A stretch of DNA of 64,000 bases, taken from the NCBI GenBank assembly GCA_947445035.1, contig CANFCK010000014.1, forward strand, positions 55,178-119,177, given 5' to 3'. This document shows, piece by piece, positions 26,584 through 34,948 of this stretch. The first letter of the stretch is position 1, and each line of letters opens with the position of its first letter. The stretch is from Deltaproteobacteria bacterium. GTDB taxonomy: Bacteria; Myxococcota_A; UBA796; SXON01. Both the position numbers and the translations under genes were made by a program. The notes under the pieces were generated by a model that was not told where the DNA came from, searched no databases, and saw nothing but the letters and a program-made list of their open reading frames with translations.

Positions 26584-28896
26584 TCAGAGCCCCTGCCCGA
26601 GCACGAGGTAGGCGCTGCCCGCGCGGCTGCCGACCCCGTAGTCCTCGTACGGGGCGCCCACGAGCACATCGCCGTTGCCGTCGCCGTCGACATCGCCCAC
26701 CGCGGCGAGCCCGTTGCCGGCGTAGTCGTTGTCCCGTTCGCCGGTGAGCTTGGCGTCGGCCGACGTCAGGCTCGTGAACGCTGCGAGGGGGCCGTACATC
26801 AGGTACGCGGCGCCCGCGCTGGTGCCGCCGCTGTCCTCAAGGACGGCGCCGATGAGCACGTCGTCGTCACCGTCGCCGTCCATGTCCCCCGCGCTGGCGA
26901 GGGTCCAGCCGGCGCCGTCGTCGCCCCCTTCGCCGGCGACTTTGGCGTCGGCAGCGGACAGGTCCACCCTGCCGGCATGCATGCCCCCGAGGATCACGTA
27001 GGCGCCGCCCGAGTCGGCGGCCCCGTAGTCGTGGTAGGGCGCGCCCACCAGCACGTCGCCGTAGCCGTCGCCGTTGGTGTCGCCGCCGCTGGAGACCGCG
27101 TAGCCGGCCTGATCGCCCGCATTTTCGCCGATGAGGGTAATGTCGGCGCTGCCGAGGTTCGCGTCGGTGGCAAGCGGGCCGTACAGGACGTAGGCCGCCC
27201 CGGCGCCGGAACCGCCCCCCGCATCGCCGATGGCCCCGATCGCGAGGTCGACAGCGCCGTCGCCGTTGACGTCGCCCAGGATGGCGACGCTGGTCCCGGC
27301 CTGATCGGAGCCGGACTCGCCCACGATGCCGATGGCCGCGCTCAGATCGAGGGTGCCGCTGACCCCCCCGCTCACCACCCAGGCCACCCCGGCCAGGGTG
27401 CCGCCGTCGTCGGCCCAGGGTCCACCGACCACGAGGTCGTTCTGACCGTCACCGGTGAGGTCGCCGTCACCGCTGACGGTCCAACCCGCGTAGTCGCCGG
27501 CGTCCTCGCCGACGAGGGTGAGCATCGCCCCGGTGCCGACGTTTACCGTGCCGGAGCCCGCCCCGCTGAGGATGTAGGCCGCCCCCGCATCGGTGCCGCC
27601 ACTGTCGTTGGCCCAGGCGCCCGCCGCGAGGTCGTCCACCCCGTCGCCGTCCCAGTCGCCGATGCCGGCCACCGAGTAGCCAAAGCCGTCGCCGGCGGCG
27701 GCGCCCACCAGAATCAGGTCCGCGGTTGTGCCGAGATCGACCACCCCGGAGGCGCTCGTGGCCAGCACCCGGTAGGCGGCGCCGCTCCCGGTGCCGCCGT
27801 CGTCGGCACCGAACGCGCCGATGAACAGGTCGGTCAGCCCGTCGCCGTCGGCGTCCCCCGCGCCGGAAACCGCGGCCCCAGCGTAGTCCCCGCCGGCGCT
27901 GCCACGGAGCTGCGCATTGCTGGTGGAGAGGCTGGCGGTGCCGCCGAGCCCGCAGCCGTTGCTGGTTCCGTCACAGTCGTTGTCGAGCCCATCGTGACAG
28001 ATTTCCGTTTCCGCGGGGCTGACGGCACCGTCGCTGTCGAGGCAGTCTTCGGCGTTGGCGACGTAGCCAGCGGGGGCGGAGCAGGCTTCGTTGGGCGAGG
28101 CTTCGTCGCCGTAGCCGTCGCTGTCGCTATCCAGCCAGAACGGCGACTTCACGCCTTCGTCGACGACCTCGTTGCAGTCGTTGTCGAGCCCGTCGCAGAT
28201 TTCGGGGTTGCCCGGCCACCGGTCGGTCTCGGTGTCGTCGCAATCGAGGGTGTTGTCGACGTAGCCGGCGGGGGCCTCACAGGCCTCGATCGGCGAGGCG
28301 GGATCGCCGTGATCGTCCCCGTCAGCGTCGGCCCAGAAGGGGAGCAACACCCCATCATCGACACGCGTGTCGCAGTCGTCATCGAGCCCGTTGCAGACCT
28401 CGACCCCGTCGGGGTTGATGGCGGCGTCCTCGTCGTCGCAGTCTTCGCCGCCGAGCCCTGCCGTCTCGAACCCGTCGCCGTCGGCGTCACGTTCCACCAC
28501 CGAGAAGGTGACGCTGGCGATCGCGACCTGCGCTGCGGGGTCGGTGGCGGTGACGATGAGGGTGTACTCCCCGAGCGGAAGCGGCGCGAGCGTGAAGTCC
28601 GCCAGACCGTTGATACCGGGGTTTCCGGGGGTCTCGGCGCCGCCCACCGGTCCCTGCCAGGTCAGCGTCAAGAGGTCGATCGCGGCGCCGTCCATGTCGC
28701 CCGCGAGCACTTCCACGCGGATCGAGTCGTCCTTGTCGAAGAACTCGCCGCCGCGCGGGTCTAGAAAGCCAATCTGTGGGTCGCGCGGGGCATCGGCGAG
28801 CGGGGCGGGCTCGATCGACACGTCGCCCAGCCAGACGCCGCCGGCCGCTTCGTCCGCGAAGTCTTCGGAGCAGCCGGCGAGCCAGAGGACGAGCAT
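26584..28896 (-). CDS. Lipoprotein with MopE-type metal-binding motifs and ~7 FG-GAP (integrin-alpha-like) repeats. It lies 17 bp downstream of flhB.
   Basis: The start at 28896 gives MLVLWLAGC, a lipobox. The MopE-type motifs include 'DCDDEDAAINPDGVEVCNGLDDDCD' and 'DCDDTETDRWPGNPEICDGLDNDCN'. These are followed by repeated 'GDxxGDGxxDLxxGA...' FG-GAP units. Confidence 0.8.
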   Translation of the reverse strand: MLVLWLAGCSEDFADEAAGGVWLGDVSIEPAPLADAPRDPQIGFLDPRGGEFFDKDDSIRVEVLAGDMDGAAIDLLTLTWQGPVGGAETPGNPGINGLADFTLAPLPLGEYTLIVTATDPAAQVAIASVTFSVVERDADGDGFETAGLGGEDCDDEDAAINPDGVEVCNGLDDDCDTRVDDGVLLPFWADADGDDHGDPASPIEACEAPAGYVDNTLDCDDTETDRWPGNPEICDGLDNDCNEVVDEGVKSPFWLDSDSDGYGDEASPNEACSAPAGYVANAEDCLDSDGAVSPAETEICHDGLDNDCDGTSNGCGLGGTASLSTSNAQLRGSAGGDYAGAAVSGAGDADGDGLTDLFIGAFGADDGGTGSGAAYRVLATSASGVVDLGTTADLILVGAAAGDGFGYSVAGIGDWDGDGVDDLAAGAWANDSGGTDAGAAYILSGAGSGTVNVGTGAMLTLVGEDAGDYAGWTVSGDGDLTGDGQNDLVVGGPWADDGGTLAGVAWVVSGGVSGTLDLSAAIGIVGESGSDQAGTSVAILGDVNGDGAVDLAIGAIGDAGGGSGAGAAYVLYGPLATDANLGSADITLIGENAGDQAGYAVSSGGDTNGDGYGDVLVGAPYHDYGAADSGGAYVILGGMHAGRVDLSAADAKVAGEGGDDGAGWTLASAGDMDGDGDDDVLIGAVLEDSGGTSAGAAYLMYGPLAAFTSLTSADAKLTGERDNDYAGNGLAAVGDVDGDGNGDVLVGAPYEDYGVGSRAGSAYLVLGQGL

Positions 28897-28913
28897 CAAG
28901 GCAGTGTAGCCCG

Positions 28914-30002
28914 TCAGGCCGAGCCTGCCCGCGCGGCGTGTGCTTGGGCCCGGCGCCGGTACACGACCGCCAGCACTTGGGCCACGGCGCCGTAGAACTC
29001 GGCGGGGATTGGGAGGCCCAGACGGGACTTCGCGTACAGCGCGCGCGCCAGGGTTCGGTTCTCGATGATCGGCACTTCGTGGCGGTTGGCCTCCGCGCGA
29101 ATCTTGAGGGCGAGGTGATCGACCCCTCGGGCGAGCACGATCGGTGCGCCGCTCTGATCTTTGCGGTAACGCAGCGCGATGGCGTAGTGGGTGGGGTTGA
29201 CCACCACGACGTCGGCCTCCTGGACCTTGCGGAGCATCTGCCCCGTGGCCAGCTGACGTTGTCGCTGACGACGTTTCGCTTTGACCTGGGGATTGCCTTC
29301 CTGCTCCTTGTGCTCCTGCTTCACTTCCTGCTGGGTCATCCGCATCTGCTCGGCCAGCTGGAAACGTTGCCACCCGTAATCGGCGGCGCCGATCGCGAGC
29401 GTCACGGGCAGCACCCGCTGGAAGAAGCTTTGGATCAGCTCGGTCATGAACTCGAGCTGCCCCCGCACGTCCACCGCGGCGATGACCGGCAGGGCATCCA
29501 ACCGCGTCTCGATGGCGGACCACGCGGCCCAGGATACCGCGGTCGCGACCGCCAAACCCTTGATGAGGGCGACGACCGGCTGGACACTGAAGAAGTGGCT
29601 CTTGGCGTTCTCCAGCGGATCCAGCCGCTCGAGCTTGGGCACCAGCGCGTCGGGAGCGACGTTGAACCCGGTGACCAGCAGCCCGGCGATGATCGTGGAG
29701 AACGTGCTCGCCGCGAGCACCAGCAACAGCGGCGGCCCGAGGTTCACGGCGATGGCGAGGGCCACGTTGCTTACGTCTTCCTGCGTCAATTCGTGATCGC
29801 TGATCCGGTCGTTGAGGGCGTCGAACAGGCCGTAAAAGCCGGCGCTGAACAGTGGAAACGCCGCGAGCAACGAGCCGGCGCCCACGGTCAGCCCGATCGC
29901 GGCGGACAGCTCCTTGCTCTGGGCGACCTTGCCCTCGTCGCGGAACTGTTGGATCTTCCGTTCACTGGCGTCCTCGGTTTTTTCCTGCTCGGAATCAGCC
30001 AC
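28914..30002 (-). CDS. flhB: Flagellar export apparatus protein FlhB
   Basis: A GTG at 30002 gives MADSEQEKTEDASERKIQQFRDEGKVAQSKEL. TM helices are present and the NPTHYA autocleavage motif (VVVVNPTHYAIALRY) is present. Confidence 0.9.
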   Translation of the reverse strand: MADSEQEKTEDASERKIQQFRDEGKVAQSKELSAAIGLTVGAGSLLAAFPLFSAGFYGLFDALNDRISDHELTQEDVSNVALAIAVNLGPPLLLVLAASTFSTIIAGLLVTGFNVAPDALVPKLERLDPLENAKSHFFSVQPVVALIKGLAVATAVSWAAWSAIETRLDALPVIAAVDVRGQLEFMTELIQSFFQRVLPVTLAIGAADYGWQRFQLAEQMRMTQQEVKQEHKEQEGNPQVKAKRRQRQRQLATGQMLRKVQEADVVVVNPTHYAIALRYRKDQSGAPIVLARGVDHLALKIRAEANRHEVPIIENRTLARALYAKSRLGLPIPAEFYGAVAQVLAVVYRRRAQAHAARAGSA

Positions 30003-30771
30003 CGCCCATCCCGCGGATGATGCGATGAATGGGCTCCCAGGCGCCTTGCAGGGCCACTGCTTCGACGTGCAGCAGCGCCGGCAGCGCCGCACCGAGCAGC
30101 ACGATCCCGGCAATGATGGTGAACGACATTCCGATCGAGAAGAAGAGTTGGAGGCCCGGCGCCATCCGGCCAATGACGAGGAGCGCCAGGTTCAGCATCA
30201 ACGCGAACGCCACCAGCGGACCGGCGAGCTGCACTCCGAGGCGAAACACATTGTTCGCCACCTCGAAGAGCACGGTCGCGGCGCCGAGGGGGTCCGTGAC
30301 GTGCCCGGGGGGGAGCGCTCGGAACGACTCGCCCAGCGCCCGCACGCAGCCGAGGTGCATGTCCAGGGCGAAGAAGACCCCGGTCGCCAAGAGCTGCGCG
30401 AGCGCCCCCAGCGTGCTGCCGTGGGCGCCTGTCATCGGGTCCAGCATCGACGACATCGTGAGGCCGATGTTGTTGCTGATGATCTCCGAGGCCGTCGATA
30501 CCGCCCCGGTCAGCAGGGCGAGCGTGAATCCCATCGCGACGCCGAGCACGACCTCGCCGGCGACGGTCGCGACCAGCTCAGGCACGGTCACCGGCAGCCG
30601 GGCGCCGTCGGCCGCGGGTACCAACACCGCCGCCAGTGGGAGGCAGATCGCCATGCGCACGGGTCGGGGCACGCCCGCGTTCCCCGTCACCGGGAGTGCC
30701 ATGAACATCGCCGACACCCGCGCAAACACCAGGATCCCCACCAGAAAGGGGGTGAGGTCCAGGTTTTCCAT
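29995..30771 (-). CDS. fliR: Flagellar export apparatus protein FliR
   Basis: The start at 30771 gives MENLDLTPFLVGILVFARVSAMFMALPV..., a polytopic membrane protein of the FliR family. Its end overlaps the flhB start. Confidence 0.9.
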   Translation of the reverse strand: MENLDLTPFLVGILVFARVSAMFMALPVTGNAGVPRPVRMAICLPLAAVLVPAADGARLPVTVPELVATVAGEVVLGVAMGFTLALLTGAVSTASEIISNNIGLTMSSMLDPMTGAHGSTLGALAQLLATGVFFALDMHLGCVRALGESFRALPPGHVTDPLGAATVLFEVANNVFRLGVQLAGPLVAFALMLNLALLVIGRMAPGLQLFFSIGMSFTIIAGIVLLGAALPALLHVEAVALQGAWEPIHRIIRGMGGG

Positions 30772-31052
30772 CAGCGTTCGGCTCGGCCGGACGCCTCTGA
30801 AATGCGGTCGAAGGACCGGGTAGCGTAGGCGACGGTCTGCTCGAGCATCCAGCCGCCGCCGACGGCGAGCACGCCGATGACCGCGATGAGCTTGGGCAAG
30901 AAGCTGAGCGTCTGCTCGTGGATCTGGGTGACCGCCTGCACGAGCGACACCACGGTGCCCACCAGGATCGAGGCGATGAGCACCGGGGCGCTCAAGAGCA
31001 GCGCCATCCGCATGGCCTCCTGACCGATTCGCATGACCTCGGAGGCATTCAT
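30771..31052 (-). CDS. fliQ: Flagellar export apparatus protein FliQ
   Basis: 93 aa. MNASEVMRIGQEAMRMALLLSAPVLIASILVGTVVSLVQAVTQIHEQTLSFLPKLIAV..., with its stop overlapping the fliR start. Confidence 0.9.
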   Translation of the reverse strand: MNASEVMRIGQEAMRMALLLSAPVLIASILVGTVVSLVQAVTQIHEQTLSFLPKLIAVIGVLAVGGGWMLEQTVAYATRSFDRISEASGRAER

Positions 31053-31792
31053 CGCACCACCCCGGCCGCAAGGTCCCGCACCAGGAGTGCCCAGCCGTCC
31101 ATCAACACAAAGATGATGAGCTTGAAGGGCAGCGAAACCACGACTGGAGGCAACATCATCATGCCCATGCCGACCAGGATGCTCGACACCACAAGGTCGA
31201 TGACCAGGAAAGGCACGAACACGTAGATGGTGGTGATGAACGCCGTCTTGAGCTCGCTGAGCACGAAAGCGCTGACCACCGCCGGCGTTGGCACGTCGTC
31301 GAGGCTCTGCGGCCGCGGGAGCTCCGCCACCTGAAGGATGGTGGCCATGTCTTCGCGACGCGTGTTCGCGAACATGAACCCACGCAGAGGCTCAAGCGAG
31401 TCGTGCATCGCGACCGAGGCTTCGGTCTGGCCGGCCAGGTAGGGCGCGACGCCGCCGTCCCAGGAAGCGGTGAGCGTAGGTTGCATCACCAACATCGCGA
31501 GGAAAAGCGACAGACCGACGATAACCTGGTTGGGGGGGCTCTGCTGAAGCCCCAGCGCCTGCCGCAACATCGAGAACACCACCACGAAGCGGACAAATGG
31601 TGTCATCACCACCAGCATCGCCGGAATGAACGACATGCCGGTGAGCATGAGCAGCATGCGCACCGCCGTCGATGACTGCGTCTGGGAGACGCCATCCACC
31701 AGCTGGCCCGCGAGGAGGACGCCGGGCTCGGCCACGGACACCCCGACCTGGGCATCGACGGCGAGGGCGATGCTGGTCATAAGCAGGATCAC
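31049..31792 (-). CDS. fliP: Flagellar export apparatus protein FliP
   Basis: 247 aa. The FliP signature is present (...VVMTPFVRFVVVFSMLRQALGLQQSPPNQVIVGLSLFLAMLVMQPT...). Confidence 0.9.
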   Translation of the reverse strand: MILLMTSIALAVDAQVGVSVAEPGVLLAGQLVDGVSQTQSSTAVRMLLMLTGMSFIPAMLVVMTPFVRFVVVFSMLRQALGLQQSPPNQVIVGLSLFLAMLVMQPTLTASWDGGVAPYLAGQTEASVAMHDSLEPLRGFMFANTRREDMATILQVAELPRPQSLDDVPTPAVVSAFVLSELKTAFITTIYVFVPFLVIDLVVSSILVGMGMMMLPPVVVSLPFKLIIFVLMDGWALLVRDLAAGVVR

Positions 31793-33117
31793 CGTGCACC
31801 CTCTTTGGCGACGATCGCGTTGAAGCGAGCGCGCATCCCGTCGGCCCGGGTGGGGCGCACGTTCTCGTTGACCGCGATGCGCTCTTCCCCGGCCTGCGCG
31901 GCGGCCCGCAAGCGCTCCACCAGCTCGGCCACGGCGGGCACCGGCGGTTCTTCGGTGACGCGGGAGCGGCTGTCAGCGAGGCGAAGCCTTGGCGTGACTG
32001 GGGCGCCCGCGGTGAGGCGCGCGTCCCGGAGCGGCGGACCGACCAGGCGGCGGTCGGCGGGCGCGCCTGGTGCGGTGGCCATCGACGGTGAGCGGTAGAC
32101 CGGACGCGTCTGGTGACCGGGAGCGATGGCGACTGCCGGCGCCTCCGCGACCTCGAACGTCCGCTCCGGCTGCGCGATGACCGGCAGCGGCGGCACGACA
32201 ATCAGGTTCGGCGCGGCCAGCATTTCGGTCGGCGCGGTGATCAGGTCGGCAGCGGGGAGCGTGTTCTTCACCAGGAGCGACAGCCCCGCCTTTGCCGCCG
32301 CGGGCGTCGGTTTGGGCCCCCGTAGGAGCGCAGCGGCGCCGCGGCGCACGGGCTCAATGATCGGCTCGGCGAAGGCGGTGACGATCGGCTCGGGCGCCGC
32401 GGTGGGCACGAAGGCCTCGATCACAGCGGACCAACCATGGTTATTTGCGGGCTCTGGCGCGGCGTGCGGGGCGCTGAAGCGGCCGCGGAAGTTGGCGCGG
32501 CGGCGGCTGGGGCGGCGGGGGGCCACCTCGGCGGGCCGCGCGAGATCGTCGTCGGAGAAGAAGCGAGGGCGATCCGGTACGTCAGTGGGGTCCGGCATCG
32601 GCTCAGGGTCACGTTCGACGAGCACCTCCTCGAGCATCCGCTGGAACTCGTCGGCCCGGTTGGCGGGTCCCGGCGCACTCTTGACGTCGAACTCGTCGTC
32701 CTCGGACGGGAGTGCGACGTCGGCGAACTGCTCGCGGGGGGCAGAGGCGGCGACCTCGCCGAGGTCGTTGAGCAGCGTGAGTCCGGCGCCCGACGAGCCC
32801 AGGAGCAGGCGGCGGGTGGCGCCGGACGCGTCTTGCACTTCGACCAGCACCAGCGCCGACTTGTCGCCGAGGCCATGGCGCTGAACGACGCGCATCTCCG
32901 CTGAGGACGCGGTGGTGGCGCGCTTGCGGAGCTGCCAGGCGCCGACGAGGCCGGCCGCACTCAACAGCGCCGGCCATGCCCAGCCGGAGGACGGGAGGGC
33001 GCCGGGCTCGGGGGCCGCGATCGTCTGCGCCTGGGCATCGACATCGAAAAGCCGCTGGTAGGTGGGCTCGGGGGGGTCGCCGAAGGCGAGGCTGCTCAGC
33101 AGCAGAAGGGCGCTCAC
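31789..33117 (-). CDS. fliO: FliO-like protein (N-terminal ~130 aa) fused to a ~300-aa Pro/Ala/Glu-rich low-complexity C-terminal extension
   Basis: The N-terminus has one TM plus '...WQLRKRATTASSAEMRVVQRHGLGDKSALVLVEVQDASGATRRLLLGSSGAGLTLLND', a FliO-like region. The frame continues without a stop to overlap the fliP start (31792). Confidence 0.55.
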   Translation of the reverse strand: MSALLLLSSLAFGDPPEPTYQRLFDVDAQAQTIAAPEPGALPSSGWAWPALLSAAGLVGAWQLRKRATTASSAEMRVVQRHGLGDKSALVLVEVQDASGATRRLLLGSSGAGLTLLNDLGEVAASAPREQFADVALPSEDDEFDVKSAPGPANRADEFQRMLEEVLVERDPEPMPDPTDVPDRPRFFSDDDLARPAEVAPRRPSRRRANFRGRFSAPHAAPEPANNHGWSAVIEAFVPTAAPEPIVTAFAEPIIEPVRRGAAALLRGPKPTPAAAKAGLSLLVKNTLPAADLITAPTEMLAAPNLIVVPPLPVIAQPERTFEVAEAPAVAIAPGHQTRPVYRSPSMATAPGAPADRRLVGPPLRDARLTAGAPVTPRLRLADSRSRVTEEPPVPAVAELVERLRAAAQAGEERIAVNENVRPTRADGMRARFNAIVAKEGAR

Positions 33118-33380
33118 GACGCGGTCCGGGCCATCTGGTCGTCGACCAGCTCGGTGATGCGCAGCGCCATCTTCTCGCCCACCATGACGACCTCGCCGCG
33201 GGCGAGGACCTTGCCGCCGACGACCACGTCGAGGGGGGCCTCGCTGCCGCGGGTCAGGTCCACGACATCGTCGCGGTCGAGCTCGGCGAGCTGCCGGATG
33301 GTGAGTCGGGTACGCCCGAGCTCGATGATGACCTCGACGGGCAGGTCGGAAAGAAAGGCGGAGGAGTTGCGTTCAGACAT
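33114..33380 (-). CDS. fliN: Flagellar motor switch protein FliN (SpoA domain)
   Basis: An internal start gives MSERNSSAFLSDLPVEVIIELGRTRLTIRQLAELDRDDVVDLTRGSEAPLDVVVGGKVLARGEVVMVGEKMALRITELV. Confidence 0.8.
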   Translation of the reverse strand: MSERNSSAFLSDLPVEVIIELGRTRLTIRQLAELDRDDVVDLTRGSEAPLDVVVGGKVLARGEVVMVGEKMALRITELVDDQMARTAS

Positions 33381-33433
33381 CGGTACTCCCGATGCCTTCC
33401 CTTCGGTCACTCCCGAGGGATCTTTAGCGGTAC

Positions 33434-34309
33434 CTAGGCAATATTCTCGATCGTCAGCACGCGTCGTGAGACACGGAACGAACGAACGCCGTCGCACGCG
33501 CCTGGTTCGCCCGAGAACGAGGGGGTGCCGTTGACCAGCGCCCGCACCTCGCCCAGCGCTCCGAGGGGCATGGCGTCGCCGATCTTCAGCGCGCGAAGGG
33601 CGCCGAGGGTGGTCGACAGGCGCGTCAGCTCGACGGTCATCTCGATCTCGCAGCCGTAGAGCCGCTCGTAGTTGGCACGTCGACGTGCCGCCGCGCGGGC
33701 GGTGGCGGTGTGATCAGCGGCGCCGCCCACCCCGCGGAGCATCACCGCCGGCAGCGCCAGCGTGAGTTTTCCGAGGGGCTCGTGTTCCGGCCCGCATTCA
33801 ATGGTGCAGGCCAGCACCACCGCGCTCATCGAGGTGTCGGCCACCCCGTGACGGTTCCCGGTGGCGGCGCGGGGGGTCAGGCGCGGTGCCGGCTTCACCG
33901 GCCAGTGGGCTTCGAGGGCCGCGAAGAGCTCGTCACACATGCGAGTCGCCACGCACAGCTCCACCTCGGTGGCGCCGCGGGCGGCGGTGTCCATGCTCGG
34001 GCCGGCGGAGTCGCCGAAGAGCCGGGCGGTCAGCCGCTCCAGTAGCGGACCCTCGATCACCGCGAAGCCCGCGACCCCGCCGCGCTCCATGTAGAAGCCC
34101 GACCATGCCGCGGCGCCCTGGACCTCTGGTTCGTTCATCAGGTCGCCGACCGCGCATAGTCGCGCCTGCAAAAGCCGCATCGGCGTGTCCGTGCCGGAAC
34201 GGGTGAGGATACGGGTTCGCAGACGTCGAAGCGCGTGCTTGAGGCAGTCCTCCATCATCGGAATACACGCCTGCAACTCCCGATCTTGCGCGAGGACCGA
34301 ACTCGACAT
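33434..34309 (-). CDS. fliM: Flagellar motor switch protein FliM
   Basis: The N-terminus MSSSVLAQDRELQAC resembles an LSQxEID CheY-binding-like motif. A CheC-like middle domain and a C-terminal SpoA-like region (LGALRALKIGDAMPLGALGEVRALVNGTP) are present. Confidence 0.7.
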   Translation of the reverse strand: MSSSVLAQDRELQACIPMMEDCLKHALRRLRTRILTRSGTDTPMRLLQARLCAVGDLMNEPEVQGAAAWSGFYMERGGVAGFAVIEGPLLERLTARLFGDSAGPSMDTAARGATEVELCVATRMCDELFAALEAHWPVKPAPRLTPRAATGNRHGVADTSMSAVVLACTIECGPEHEPLGKLTLALPAVMLRGVGGAADHTATARAAARRRANYERLYGCEIEMTVELTRLSTTLGALRALKIGDAMPLGALGEVRALVNGTPSFSGEPGACDGVRSFRVSRRVLTIENIA

Positions 34310-34935
34310 TAGCTCACCACGAAGGTCGTGAGGTAGACGCGGTCGACGCGGATGGGCTCGGTCACGCCGTTTATCCGCATGAGGAGTTCATCCTTGAGGC
34401 GCGTCTTGCCATCGGTGCCTTCGAGCTCCGACCAGGTGAAGTCGCTGACCGCGGTGATGATGCTGTCGCGCAGCTGCGGCGTCAACCCTTGGACCGCGTC
34501 CCGTGTGGATGCCTCGGAGTCGACAGCCACTTCGAGGCGGAGCACGCGGCCGCCGCCGCTTCCTTTCAGGTTGACGGTGAAGCTGCCCAGCGTGGTGACC
34601 GTTGGGACCGCCTGCGTCCCGCCGAGGGGCTTTACGGGGGTCGCGCCGTGGCCGGCCGGTTCGGCTTTCGCCTCGCCGTGCCCTTCCGCCGGCTTCTCCT
34701 CGCCGTGCCCTTCCGCCGGCTTCTCCTCGCCGTGGCCTTCGGCCGGCTTCTCGCCCTCTGCCGCCGGCTCGTGTCCCGCTCCGGTCGCGACGACATCCAC
34801 GTCGTCGTCGGGCTTCGGCGCCAGCGCGATGGACGCGCCGTAGCCTCCGCCCAACCCGAGAAGGAGCACGCCGACCAGCGGCAGCATCGCCTTGAGCTTC
34901 GAGGGCTTCGGGGCTTCGGTTTCTTCGTCATCCAT
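34309..34935 (-). CDS. fliL: Flagellar basal-body protein FliL, containing an (EKPAEGHGE)x3 tandem repeat
   Basis: One TM helix (AMLPLVGVLLLGLGGGYGASIALA) and a FliL-like C-terminus (FTVNLKGSGGGRVLRLEVAVDSEA...DELLMRINGV) are present. The 27-bp DNA repeat x3 lies at 34674-34754. Confidence 0.8.
   Translation of the reverse strand: MDDEETEAPKPSKLKAMLPLVGVLLLGLGGGYGASIALAPKPDDDVDVVATGAGHEPAAEGEKPAEGHGEEKPAEGHGEEKPAEGHGEAKAEPAGHGATPVKPLGGTQAVPTVTTLGSFTVNLKGSGGGRVLRLEVAVDSEASTRDAVQGLTPQLRDSIITAVSDFTWSELEGTDGKTRLKDELLMRINGVTEPIRVDRVYLTTFVVS
34674..34754. repeat. 27-bp tandem repeat x3 (the third copy is degenerate) inside fliL. It encodes the (EKPAEGHGE)3 His/Glu-rich insert.
   Basis: cgccgtgcccttccgccggcttctcct appears twice, then cgccgtggccttcggccggcttctcgc. 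Confidence 0.9.
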
Positions 34936-34948
34936 GGCGTGCTCCGAG

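Noticed and set aside
26977-28764. A 595-aa plus-strand ORF across the FG-GAP/MopE lipoprotein
   Set aside because: It is antisense to a gene with a lipobox, MopE motifs and FG-GAP repeats. The ORF is V/A/G-rich low-complexity sequence.
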